A DNA stretch of 63,922 bases, counting the filler, from Tricharina praecox (Eukaryota), in the NCBI RefSeq assembly GCF_024521635.1. It is 4 parts of 4 records of this genome, joined end to end, with 100 filler letters (N's around TTAATTAATTAA, not from the genome) between each part and the next. Parts side by side here need not be neighbours in the genome. Positions count along the whole stretch, not along the records: positions 1 to 20,344 come from NW_026250477.1; positions 20,445 to 40,303 come from NW_026250478.1; 2 more parts are not named here. One strand, written 5' to 3'. A program made the translations under genes and the position numbers. The notes beneath the pieces are model-generated. The model made no database searches, was not told the origin of the DNA, and saw only the letters and a program-made list of their open reading frames with translations. Each line of letters begins with the position of its first letter. The first letter of the stretch is position 1. Below are positions 12,383 to 23,175 of the stretch, piece after piece.

Positions 12383-13654
12383 CTGCGTGGCCTGTAGCTG
12401 AGTAACGGCTGCTCGGAACGGGTTTCGGTTCGTATTGGGGCAGTGCCTGGCCATGTGGCATCTTCGCCCACCGTACAGACAGCAGCCTTCGCGGAGCAGG
12501 GCGGCACGCTCTTGGTCTGAGATCCTGCGGCTGTTTACACTCAAGTCCATGGCTCCAGGGGCCGTTCCATTCGCAGCGGTAGTCGGGGGCATGGTGTTCT
12601 GGGTTGTCTGCCTGAGCGGCGCCGTGGGCTTTGGGGCTCTACGCTGCTGAGCAGGGTTGGTGTTGCGGCGTCCCTCACGAAGCTGGAGGGCATGCAGCTT
12701 GCATTCGAGACGTCGACAGAGGGCCACAAATTCATCGTAGTTGAGGCCCTGAGTACGGTTCATCATTTGCCAATGGAGTCCGATGGATACTGCTTTGCGC
12801 AGCGCATCTGGCTCCGCATGCCTGTCCCAATTGAAGCTTGGAGACAACCATCTGGAATTTTGCACAGGAGGTGAACTGGTTGTTGCCTTGCTTCAAGTGA
12901 TGGAGCTAAGCTCAAGCGGTGGCAGCGGAGTTCGGATTACCAAACACATTGTTCGGTAGTGTGATGATAGCATCTAAGCCGGTGATCGTGATGTTCTTGT
13001 CTTGTATGCATGGCAAGATCTGGGCTTGAGCACGGCCGCCCAAACGGTTGAAGGCATAGGCCAGTTGCAGTGTGGGGACGGGAAAATGGGCTGGGTGGCT
13101 GTACAGGTTCAGTGGAGGTTGTGCAACGGATGCTTTCCAGTTCTGGCAGGTATCGTCAAACATGGCGGGTTCCGGGACACACTCGGCGCCGCTTGGAGGC
13201 GGGGCTTCCATAGTGGCCAGCTTGGTGGCGGCGTGTCCTGCGCTGGCAACTTATTACTTGAGGTCGTCAATGAGCTATGTTGGTGCTGCTCTTGGTGCCT
13301 GGGTGAGTGCTAACGCGCAAACCTTGAAACCGTTGTACAACCCCTGCAGGGTCACATCTTCGGCGGGTGGGTCATGGTTAACAGTCACTTGAAGTTGTGC
13401 ATAGATGTCGGCGGGAATTCCTCGGTAAAAGGGGGGCGCTGCAGTGGCTACCTCTGGTTGGGGTAGGTCTGGAGCTTGGGTTTGGCAGCCATGATGGTTC
13501 ACTAGGTGGAGAGATGGAGACGCAACAAAGTGTAACGGCACGGTCAGGCTGTTCTCCGGGTAGCGAAGACAAGTGGACAGATGGACAGGAACTGCGCTGG
13601 GCAAAAGCGGGGCAAGACCGGAAGGAAACGCCAGACAGGCCTCAGTACACACGG
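12383..13654 (-). mobile_element. Older family I-related element, copy D: degenerate gag (12383-13492), PBS and truncated 5' LTR (13531-13654)
   Basis: Gag fragments (AYAFNRLGGRAQAQILP, GTAPGAMDLS) plus ACGCAACAAAG-TGTAACGGCAC. Cut on the left by copy A's LTR and on the right by a family II LTR. Confidence 0.88.
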
Positions 13655-14390
13655 TGTGAGACTGGAACGCTTTTGGTCGTCGGAGTCGATTGATAGAATG
13701 GGGTTCAGAATGAAAATAGATAGTATTCTTTTCACAAGCGGAATAATCTTAAGGGGTAGTGTCGATGGTTTTCTGGTTGCTGATCCTGATGATGAATCTT
13801 TCGCCGTGTCGTCAGAAGTCTATACAGTTGGGTGATTTGGTCGGGTCACGTGCCAGCCGTTGCCGTAGCTTGTTGCCGGATGGAACCCTGGCGTGAAATC
13901 TCTGCACCTGGTGCGGAGACTTTCTCCGCCATGTCATCAGAGTCGTCGTAAGCCTTCAGGATAGTTTATACAAACTAGGCAGGTATGGCGCACCAATCGT
14001 TACCCGAGCATAGTCCGGTTTCAGCTATCTTTTCGCTGGGCAACGGCTGCACCTTTCGGCACGGCTCTTATTTGCTTAAGACGCGAGAAGAGGGGCAACA
14101 CTCGTCATAGTGGTTTTCCTCCGATCCGAGTTTTCTCTTCGCTTGTTCGCGATTCGCCTGCCTCAAGTCGAGCATGACTGTATCGGACTTTTCGTGCGTA
14201 TCGCTGCGCCTCTGATCCCACCTAGACTCTTGTTCCGTTTGCTTCCTTCCTTCCTATCTCGTCTCCGACTAGCTACGACTAATCTAAAGGTTTTCCTCCT
14301 GCTCCCCGATCTATCTAACTATTTTTCCCGAACTTACGTTGGTAAGAAGCCGAACCCTGAAGTCAGGCCGACTGCGACCAGGGTGTCACA
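13655..14390 (-). repeat. 3' LTR of a divergent family II element, copy E (736 bp)
   Basis: TGTGAGACTGGAAC...GGGTGTCACA, the same termini as the copy B LTRs; PPT at 14391-14405. Confidence 0.88.
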
Positions 14391-14523
14391 CCATCTCCCC
14401 TCTCCGGCGCTTTCGTCCCGAAGAGTGCTGAGTTCTATCTAGTCTATACGGTGAATGCAGTTCTCCAACCCCTGCATCCTACTATCGCTCGGCTCAAGAG
14501 AAAAACCCAGTGGGAAAAAACTC

Positions 14524-15060
14524 TCAGTCTTCTGTGAGCTGATAGTCCCTCGGTGCGTCCGGATTCTTGCGGTGAAATTCCCGCAGTTTCTCCCGACCAC
14601 CTACTGAAAAGTTGTCGAAAGGATCATGAGTCCAATCTCGTTTACTGGGATAGTTGAGCCATTTCACAAGGTAGAGTACGCGCCGTCCTTTCTTGGTGCT
14701 ACCCATAACTTCCTCGACATCGTATTCCTCGTTGCTCTCGACGTCATCCGCTTCCCGGAGTATTTTCGACGGGTCGGGGGGATCTCGGTTGCCTGGTCGG
14801 TAGGGTTCGACAAGCGAGACATGGAAGACATTGTGTATCTTCCATTTCCGCGGTAGCGTGAGCTTGACGGCGAGGGGGGAAACGATCTTCTCGATTTGGA
14901 ACGGGCCATGATTTTTGTGGTCCAGTTTCCTCGAGGGGCGGCGGGTTTGTATATTCCGTCCGCCGAGCATTACCAGGTCTCCTACCTGATAAGCGGGGGC
15001 CTCTTGGCGACGTTGGTCGGCGTAGCGGCGCATGCGTTCCTGTGCTTGCTCAAGCGCCTT
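14524..15060 (-). mobile_element. Family II integrase C-terminus (GPF/Y motif and chromodomain) of copy E
   Basis: KALEQAQERMRRYAD...KLDHKNHGPF...EYDVEEVMGS...YLVKWLNY closely matches copy B 5523-6030. Confidence 0.9.
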
Positions 15061-18000
15061 CAGGGTAGTCGTGTCGGAGACCTGGTTGTTGCCAGCGAAT
15101 TCGGCCAAGAAGAGGTAGTCGACCCAGTCATCCTGGAGGTATCTGACGTACGCGCGGAGGTGCTGTTCCATGACGGCGTTCATCCGTTCGGTTTGGCCGT
15201 CGGTCTGGGGGTGGAAGGCAGTTGACAGGCGTGGCTCGATCTTGAGGCATTAGCATAGGTGTTTCCAGAATCTCGAGGCAAACTGGGGGCCCCTATCCGA
15301 GACGATGGTTTCTGGCAACCCGTGGTACCTGAATATCCTGTCGCAGAACAGCTCGGCCAGTCCTTCCGAGGTGATGGTCGTGGTACATGGTAGGAGATGG
15401 CGTTGCTTGGTCAGTCGGTCAACAAAAACACAGATGGCGTCAAACCCCTTTGAGGCCGGTAAGCCACTGACAAAGTCGACTGAGATGTGTTGCCATGGCT
15501 TCTCGGGTACTGGGAGGGGGCCCAGGACACCAGAGGGTGCGTGCCGGGTGGCCTTGGTTCGTCGGCAGGTGTGGCAGTTTCGGACAAACTGGTCAACTTC
15601 CTTTCGCATCTGTGGCCAGTAGTACCTTCGAGCAAGTAGTTCCAGGGTTTTTGCGCGCCCTGGGTGCCCCATGGTCGGTGGGTCGTGGTGGTCCTGGATC
15701 AGTCGTAGTCGGAGTCGGTCGTACTCTGGAACATAGAGGCAGTCTCGGTAGATCAGTGGCCCGTTGACTTCGCGGCATTCGGCCAAGGAGATCTCCTTCG
15801 AGTGGCGTATACCATTTTGGAGTAGCTCGAGGATTCGATTTGGGACGGGGTCTATGTTGTAGCCTTCTGTTATCAGTGACGTGAGGAGGGGACGGTCTTG
15901 TTCGGGTGTGTTGGTTGCTGCCAACCGGAGTTCTTCCGGTAGGTCGTCCAGTTTCAGGACTGCCTGCTGGTTGGCGAGCAGTCTTTCATCCCCTTCTTTA
16001 GGGAGGTCTCCTGACCTCCTGGTCAGTGCATCCGGTTTTCCTCCCGCTTTGCCTGGTCGGTAGACAATCTTGAAATGGAAACGGGAAAGGAACTCTGACC
16101 ATCGCGCTTGTCGTCGGTTGAGTAGATTCGTTGTCATGAAATACTCCAGATTCTTGTGGTCGCTTAGGACTTGGATGGGGTGAGGAGCGCCCTCCAGATG
16201 TGGTCTCCACTCCTCAAAGGCGCGGATGATTGCAAGGAGTTCTTTGTCATAGATCTCGTAGTTGCATTCTGCCAGGGAGTGTTTCTTGGAATAGAATGCC
16301 ACTGGGTGCAGAATTCCCTCGTCGTCGTACTGAGATAGGACGCCGGCAGAGACGTAGTTGGAGGCGTCAGTTTCCACTACTATCTGCCGATCGTAGTCGA
16401 AGTGCCGGAGGATCGGAGCCGAGGTGAATGCTGTTTTTAGTTCGTCGAATGCTTTCTGCTGTTCCGGTCCCCACACGAAGGGAACATACTTTCCATCCTC
16501 CTTCTTGGTCAATGCTGTCAATGGGGATACCACCTTGGAATAGTCTTGGATGAATCGCCGGTAGAAGTTCGCAAATCCCAGAAAGCATTGCACATCGGTG
16601 ACGGTACTCGGCTCCTCCCATTCCAGTATGCAGGAGACTTTCGCTGGGTCCATCTTGATCCCGTTTGTTGTAATGATCAGTCCCAAATATTTGACTTCTG
16701 TCTGGTGGAAATGACATTTTTCGGGTTTGAGATGTAGACCGGCTGCTGATAAGGCCTGAAGTACTTTCCTGACATGTTTCCGGTGTTCATCTAAGGATCC
16801 GCTGTAAATGAAGACGTCATCGATGAATGCGGTACAGAAGTCGTCGAGGAATGGGCGTAGCACATCGTTGATCAGAGCTTGGAAGTCGGCAGGGGCGTTG
16901 GTGAGGCCGAAGGGCATGACGAGGGATTCGAAGAGCCCGTAGCGTGTCCGGAAGGCAGTTTTCCACTCTTCTCCTTCCGCCATCCGCACAAGGTTGTAGG
17001 CACCGCGGATATCCAGGGTGGTGAAGTATTTCGCCCCGGATAGCCGCATCAGAGTTTCTTGGAGGAGTGGGAGTGGGTACCTGTTCTTGATTGTTCCTTC
17101 GTTCAGGCCCCTGAAATCCACACACAGGCGTAGGGAGCCGTCCGATTTCTTGACAAACAGGATTGCCGATGCTGCTGGAGAGGAAGAGGCACGGATGAAA
17201 CCTTTGCGGAGGTTGTCGTCAAGCCATTCCTTCAGTGCGACAAGCTCCGTTTTCGAAAGTGAGTACAGGGGTCCGTATGGGGGCATAAATCCCTCCTTGA
17301 GTGGGATCTTATGGTCGTAGTGCCGGTGCGGGGGCAAGTTCTGGGCGAGGGCTTCAGAGAACAGCGGTAGGAACTCGTGATATTCGTGAGGGATATGTGC
17401 CGTGGGGTCCTTGTTTCCTTCCAGTGCGCCGTTGACCTCAGCAGGCGTGGTGTTGAAAATCGTGAGGCTTTCCTTGTTGACCAGTTCTTGGAATGACTCC
17501 ATCTGTAAGGCTGACATTCTGACTGTGCTTTCCCTTGAAAGGTTAGTGCATTCTTGGTGATTCTTCCTTGGGGGAGACGTAATGTAGCGGGCCACGATGC
17601 CGCCAGCCACCACGCTTACCGCTGGCTCTTCCAGACGTGCTTTTGACGCGGAAGCATAGGTAGATACGTCAGGCGGTTCTGTGGTGATTCCATGTGCAAC
17701 TGTGGGCACTGCATTGCAGTTGGCTCTGCAGTATTAAGAGCCGAAGGTGAGGGTTCGGGAGCTGAACCGGATGGCCACATCGTGGAGGTCCATCCAGGGG
17801 ATTCCGAGTACAACCGGGTAGTGGCCTAGTTTGGTGACAAACATAGGGATTTCCTCGTGGTGTTCCTGTATGGACAGGGTGGTGGTGGCAACATGTGTGA
17901 TGTCGCCTGACTCGATGGGACGGCCATCGATGACTTCGAGACTTCGCGCGAATTTCAGGGGTACGAGGGGTAGGTGGTGATGGCGGGCGAAGTCTTTGTC

Positions 18001-18240
18001 TACAAATGCAATTCCGGTTGCCCCACAGTCGATCAGCGCATGCGTGGCAATAGTTTTGTCACCAAACGAAAGGTTACCCAATACAACAAGATGTTTTCCT
18101 TCCATTGATGATTCTTCCACAACCATTCCTGACACTGAGAGACTAGACAAACGAAAAATAGGGGACATAGGAGACAAAGACTTATCCTGGGTACGACCAA
18201 CAACAGTGCCATCAAGCGGTTGTTGGTCTAGGCTTTTCCC
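15061..18240 (-). CDS. pol: pol of copy C (PR-RT-RNase H-IN), with in-frame TAA stops at 17734-17736 and 15250-15252
   Basis: ORFs 17734-18264, 15250-17709 and 14524-15183 are all in one frame; motifs LIDCGATG, FIDD, ETDAS, HHCC, SDRG. Confidence 0.92.
18195..18240 (-). promoter_or_regulatory. Putative -1 ribosomal frameshift signal (G-GGA-AAA plus 10-bp stem-loop)
   Basis: Heptamer is in gag frame two codons before the stop; 5-nt spacer; GACCAACAAC/GTTGTTGGTC stem; pol is in the -1 frame. Confidence 0.8.
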
Positions 18241-19424
18241 GACTGCTGGGAGGTCTCGCCGCAATCCTGGTTGCAGTTGTGAAAGGTGTGAGTCGGGGTG
18301 GTGTTGGTGGGCTGGGCTGACTCCAGCCGGGCAACAGCTGCTCGGAACGGATTTCGGTTCTTGTTGGGGCAGTGCCTGGCCATGTGGCCACTTCCCCCAC
18401 AGTACAGGCAGCGGCCTTCGCGGAGCCGGGCAGCACGTTCTTGGTCTGGGATCCTGCGGCTATTGGCACTCAAGTCCATGGCTCCGGGGGCCGTTCCTGT
18501 GGCAGTGGTCGTCGCGGGCATGGTGTTGTGGGTGGTGTGCCTGAGCGGCACCGTTGGGTGTCGGGCGCTACTCTGCCGAGGGGGGTTGGTGGTGCGGCGC
18601 CCCTCACGAAGTTGGAGGGCACGCAGCTCGGAGTCAAGGCGTTGACAGAGGGCCACAAACTCATCGTAGTTGAGGCCCTGAGTAAGGCCCACAAGTTGCC
18701 GGTGGAGTTCGATGGATACTTCTTCTCGCAGCGCGTCAAGTTTCGCATGCTCGTCCCAATTGAGCTTGGAGACAAGCATCTGGAATTCCGCAAAGTAGGA
18801 GGTGAACTCCTTATTGCCTTGTTTCAGGTGGTGTAGCTTGGCTCGAGCGGTGGCCGCTGGGTCAGGGTCACCAAATGCGTTGTTCAGGAGTGTGATGATG
18901 GCATCAGCGTCGGTGAGGGTGATGTTGTGAATCTCGATGTACGGCAGGATCTGGGCTTGGGCGCGGCCTTCCAAGCGGTTGAAGGCATAGGCCATTCGGA
19001 GTGCTGGAGTAGGGAAACGGGCTGGGTCGCTGTACAGCTTGAGTCGAAGTTGCGCAACGAACCCTTCCAGTTTCTCGCGTGTTCCGTCGAACATGGCTGG
19101 CTCTGGGACACGCTCAGCGCGGCTTTGAGGTTGAGTTTCGACGGTTGCGAGGCGGTTGGCGATGTGGCGGGCGTCAGCAAGTTGTTCTTCGAGGTCGTCG
19201 AATCGCCAGGTCGGTACGGCTATTGGGGACTGGGTGATTGCGCGGGCGAGGATTCTGAATTCATTGTACAACCCCATCAGGGTTGCATCATCGGCCGGTA
19301 CATCATGATTGACGATGATCTCGAGTTGTTCGCAGATAGCGGCAGGAATTTCTCGGTAGAAGGGGGGTGCCACTGGTACTTCGTCCTGCTGGGGGACGTC
19401 GGGTACCTGAGTGTTGGTGGCCAT
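18228..19424 (-). CDS. gag: Gag of copy C, 398 aa, intact
   Basis: Open ORF with retrotransposon gag core, AMDL motif and CLYCGGSGHMARHC zinc knuckle. Confidence 0.94.
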   Translation of the reverse strand: MATNTQVPDVPQQDEVPVAPPFYREIPAAICEQLEIIVNHDVPADDATLMGLYNEFRILARAITQSPIAVPTWRFDDLEEQLADARHIANRLATVETQPQSRAERVPEPAMFDGTREKLEGFVAQLRLKLYSDPARFPTPALRMAYAFNRLEGRAQAQILPYIEIHNITLTDADAIITLLNNAFGDPDPAATARAKLHHLKQGNKEFTSYFAEFQMLVSKLNWDEHAKLDALREEVSIELHRQLVGLTQGLNYDEFVALCQRLDSELRALQLREGRRTTNPPRQSSARHPTVPLRHTTHNTMPATTTATGTAPGAMDLSANSRRIPDQERAARLREGRCLYCGGSGHMARHCPNKNRNPFRAAVARLESAQPTNTTPTHTFHNCNQDCGETSQQSGKA

Positions 19425-19452
19425 GGTAGTTCGCTAGGTGGAGAGATAGGGG

Positions 19453-19461
19453 ACGCAACAA
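19453..19461 (-). promoter_or_regulatory. Primer-binding site of family I (TTGTTGCGT), self-priming type
   Basis: Lies 2 nt inside the 5' LTR boundary, lacks TGG, and is complementary to LTR positions 19670-19678. Confidence 0.75.
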
Positions 19462-19463
19462 AG

Positions 19464-20011
19464 TGTAACGGCACGGTCGGGCAAGGCTCCAGGTAGCGGA
19501 ATCGGGCTGGGGACCGGGTTCTGTGTTCGGTAGAGGCAAGACGGGTTCAGGGGACAAGGTGAGGCAGGACTCAGTGCAGACGACAATTGAGAACAGAGGC
19601 AGGGACAAGGACTACGGCGCAGACGGCAGCCGAGGCAAGGACAGAGGTAACAGTGATTGAATTAACAAGTTGTTGCGTGGAGAACTAAATACAGAGGGGC
19701 AACGGCCCGTTTATATAGAAAATCCTCCACTTCTTCCCGCAACCTGACATTGACCGTGGGCGTGTGCCAGACCCTGAGAAATCCACCTTGCCAGTACCCC
19801 ACTTCCGTGATTCATACCCTGCACAGCCGCACTACCCCTGCTTCCTGCACACAGCTCCAATCTCCTGCGACTCATTGCTGCGCTATCCCTGCTCCCTGCA
19901 CACAGCCCCAAATCCTCTGCGACTCATCCTTGCACTGCCTCTGCACTGCCCCCCAACTCTCCCGATCCTTGTGCCGACCCTCCCTTCGTCATTCCATCGC
20001 GAGCCGTGACA
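19464..20011 (-). repeat. 5' LTR of copy C (548 bp) with TATA box at 19710-19717
   Basis: TG...CA ends with imperfect terminal inverted repeats; homologous to 11824-12382; minus-strand TATATAAA. Confidence 0.93.
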
Positions 20012-20344
20012 GTCGCAGGCACAAACAAGCGAAAGCGCGGCGCAAATGACTCGTCCGAACCACCAAAATCCAAGGCACCCAAAACCGCTGCAGTGGATTT
20101 CAGGGACGAGGCCATGAGAGATGCCCCTCCCGTCTGGGCGGAAGGTTCGGACGAGGAGCAGGATTTTTGTTAGGTCAAGGCACGCCGCAGCCTAAGACCA
20201 TGGTGTATATGTGCGGCACATCCAGAAAACGGCCGGGTCCCTAACCCGAAAAAAACGAACAGGATAAGCGAAGACGGACAACCCCTACGTCCGCGCCCAA
20301 GCCAAGAAACGGAAACCCACCGATAGTGGAGATGATGTTACACT
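20012..20344 (+). mobile_element. Fragment of a family II-like gypsy element (gag end / pol start) in opposite orientation
   Basis: Translates VAGTNKRKR...KTAAVDFRDEAMRDAPPVWAEGSDEEQDFC*, similar to the copy B gag tail (VTKRKR...KAAAVVV*DEAMTEAPP). Confidence 0.6.
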
Positions 20345-20444
20345 NNNNNNNNNNNNNNNNNNNNNNNNNNNNNNNNNNNNNNNNNNNNTTAATTAATTAA
20401 NNNNNNNNNNNNNNNNNNNNNNNNNNNNNNNNNNNNNNNNNNNN
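20345..20444. other. Artificial contig spacer
   Basis: N44-TTAATTAATTAA-N44, which gives stops in all six frames. Confidence 0.97.
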
Positions 20445-21204
20445 GTAATAGGGAACTAGCTACTCTACAAAGACCACCAGCATCCTGAGGAGGAGAAGGG
20501 GAAGAGCAGATCGTCTGTGTTCATCATACCATATGCTAAGTAATCTTCTCCGCGATGACCGCACGCACAGTTTCGCTTGTAAGGCTGAAAGTTGCACCTG
20601 CGCTCTGTTTGCGGGGGATGGGGGGGAGGGGGGATCTAGAACCGGGAGCACGCGGAGGAGGCATATCGTTTTCAGCATGTAGGGAGTGGTGGTTGTGGTC
20701 ATGATTGTGGTGGAGGTGGAGGTAAAGGTGGAGGAAGTGGTGGAGGTGGTGGAGGATAGAAGTGGGGGAAGGGGAGGATGACATTTCGTTCTCAGCCCAT
20801 CCATCCATCCCACTGCCCAAATGCCCACGACCAAAGCGGTGCGGAACACAGTAGAGCAACTAGAGTTGAGAGAGAGAAGATGTCGATTTCAATTGTTCTC
20901 ACCATTTCTGGCCGCGCTGCACGCACCACCCGCACCGCACACACATTCCCCCATGATGTTTCAGCTGCAAGACGCTTCGCCAAATTAGAGTCGAAGGTAG
21001 GTCCTCTATGATGTCTCTCGTTCACCAGAGGGCTGGGTGGTTTTTATGTATAGTAGTACGTAGAGGGCATGGCCTCGAGTGCGGTCCAACTAAAGTTTTT
21101 GGGGTAACTCTTACGCCGGAAGCTGTCTAGACTGGTTGCGAGTAGTTACCGACATCTGACGGGCAGGGAGGGCCACGCACGCAGAGACAAGACTTGTCGG
21201 GGAA

Positions 21205-21260
<56 letters not shown>
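21205..21260. repeat. Poly-G tract
   Basis: About 56 consecutive G. Confidence 0.9.
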
Positions 21261-21997
21261 CGGAGAGGGGAGCGTGTGGAAGGATGGATGGGCTGAGGAC
21301 AGAATAGCGAGAGAGCGACTGGCCAACGACAGGCGAGGGAGGCGCAACTTGTGGGACTTCCGCACTGACTGGCTGGCTGGCCGCTGGCGGGGCTGGTTGG
21401 GCTGGGCTGGCTGGCTGCAGGGTAGGCGCGGGGGGAGCTTGGAATTGTGCTCGATTGTTGGAAAGTGTGCTTGGAACTGTGCTTGGAGGGGACGAGCCAA
21501 TTTGGAATGGCAGCAGTCCCGGTTCGTGCGAAGTTGTCCATTTCGAGTTATATTCAGAGTGAATAACACAATAAGCCCGATGCCGAGAGCCCCAATGCAG
21601 TGTGGTCGGCGTGCTGCCCAGCGTCCCGGGGTTGGCTGCACTAAAGTAACTCGAGCAACCTTACTGTCGCTCGTCTTCGTCGTCGCGCGCTTTAAAGGGA
21701 GCCGGTCTGGCCAGCCGTGCGAATCTGATCTTCAACTCAAAATCAAAATCAAATCAATATCAAAAATCAGAAATCAAAAATCACGCTGCCCAAACACGGC
21801 AACTGTGGTAACTACGGCAACTACGGTACTATACACTCGATACGCAGACTCTCGTCTGCTCTGCCAGTTCAGCACACATCTCCACCGCCAGCTCCCCCGT
21901 CATTGGCGTTCGCTCCGACCACTCGCCATACTCTGGCCCTACACCGCCACCCGTCCGCCCCCAACACTCGCCCGCCGACACCCACAACAAACACGGG

Positions 21998-23080
21998 ATG
22001 GCCTCATACCAGCACCAGCAGCCGCCATTCTATGGCCAGCACGGCGGCGGCCCACAGTTCCCGCCCACGCCGAACCCGCAGACGACTTCGCGATGGTTGG
22101 CACCCCAGCGCAGCCCCTGCTCCCGCCCCGCTTCACCACCACACCCCCTTGCTAACCCCTCTCCGTCGCTCTATGTAGCCGTACTATGACGCCTCCTTCG
22201 CCGCCTCCTTCGGCCACCCCTTCGACCTCACGGGCGCCACCGGCACGCACGCCTCCGGAGGCATCCCGGCCATGGCGCGCGGGCCCTCGCCCACCCACGA
22301 GGGCAGCGCGAGCAGCACCGGCAGCGGCCACAACTCGCGGGGCGGCCGCGGGTCGAGCGAGGAGAAAGAACTGACGCCCGGGCAGAAGCGACGGAAGGAG
22401 CAGAACCGCGCCGCGTACTTCCCCCCTGCCTCCCCTCTCCCCACCCACCACCCCCACCCCCCCCCCCCGCCGCACTAGACAGCTAACACACCACCAGACA
22501 ACGCTCGTTCCGTCGAGCGCAAAGAGCGCCACGTCAAGAGCTCGAGCAGCGGCTGGCGTCGCTGGAGGCAAGCGAACACGCGGGCCGCCGTGGAGAACGA
22601 CAAGCTCAAGGCGGCGCTGGAATAAGGACAGAAACGCTCGAGAACCGTTTGCTGCACGATAACACGATTCGTCGGCAGCGGCAATCAGCGGGAGCTTGGC
22701 GTGCGGCAGTGGCGGGGCGGCACTCCCCGCCGCCTGAAGTCGGCCCCTGGCGTTCAAACCGCTGGACCCAGAATCGCTGCGCTCCAACCCGCCAGCGAAG
22801 TTTACCCTCGCCGATATTTGTGGCCAGCACCCGAACCGCGGGCCGATCCATCGCAATCACCACACTCCCGAGCACGGGCGAGAAGCTGCTCGGCGGGCGC
22901 CGCCTGGGACCTATCATGTGCCACCCGCTTTATGAACAAGGCCTCGTCGATATTGGTGATATCAGCGAGAGGCTAAAGACCCTCGCTCGATGGATGGGCA
23001 GGGCCCAGTCTTCGAGGAGAGTATCATCTCGATGTTATACAGGCTAGTCGTGCAGTGGAGGGACGAGCTGCTCGTCGATA
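21998..23080 (+). CDS. AP-1/Yap-like (FCR3-type) bZIP transcription factor; 2 introns; apparent sequencing frameshifts; end approximate
   Basis: SSEEKELTPGQKRRKEQNRAA|QRSFR-ERKERHVK basic region split by an intron; C-terminal AWDLIMCHPLYEQGLVDIGDISERLK...DGQGPVFEE; introns 22096-22178 and about 22415-22497 with GCTAAC branch points. Confidence 0.88.
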
Positions 23081-23124
23081 GTGGGCACGCGATTATTAGG
23101 CGGGCCGGCGGCGGGATTGTGCGG

Positions 23125-23175
23125 ACTTGGAACTTGGAACTTGGAACTTGGAACTTGGAACTTGGGACTTGGGAC
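23125..23175. repeat. 7-bp tandem repeat (ACTTGGA)n
   Basis: About 7 visible copies. Confidence 0.85.

Larger units (their letters stand above)
15061..20011 (-). mobile_element. Family I Ty3/gypsy element, copy C: near-intact from 5' LTR to integrase core
   Basis: Intact 398-aa Gag, protease ORF, 819-aa RT-RH-IN ORF and 5' LTR. Its own 3' end is replaced by copy E sequence. Confidence 0.96.

Noticed and set aside
11219..19463. tRNA-type primer-binding sites
   Set aside because: Neither family has TGG next to the 5' LTR; complementarity to the LTR itself explains the sites better.
20389..20400. TTAATTAATTAA as a biological palindrome or piggyBac site
   Set aside because: Embedded in N runs and identical at three places; it is a synthetic linker.
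20445..20859. Possible 5' end of a minus-strand gene (His-rich MSSSPSPT...)
   Set aside because: Plausible but truncated by the contig edge, with an ambiguous frame and no recognisable family.
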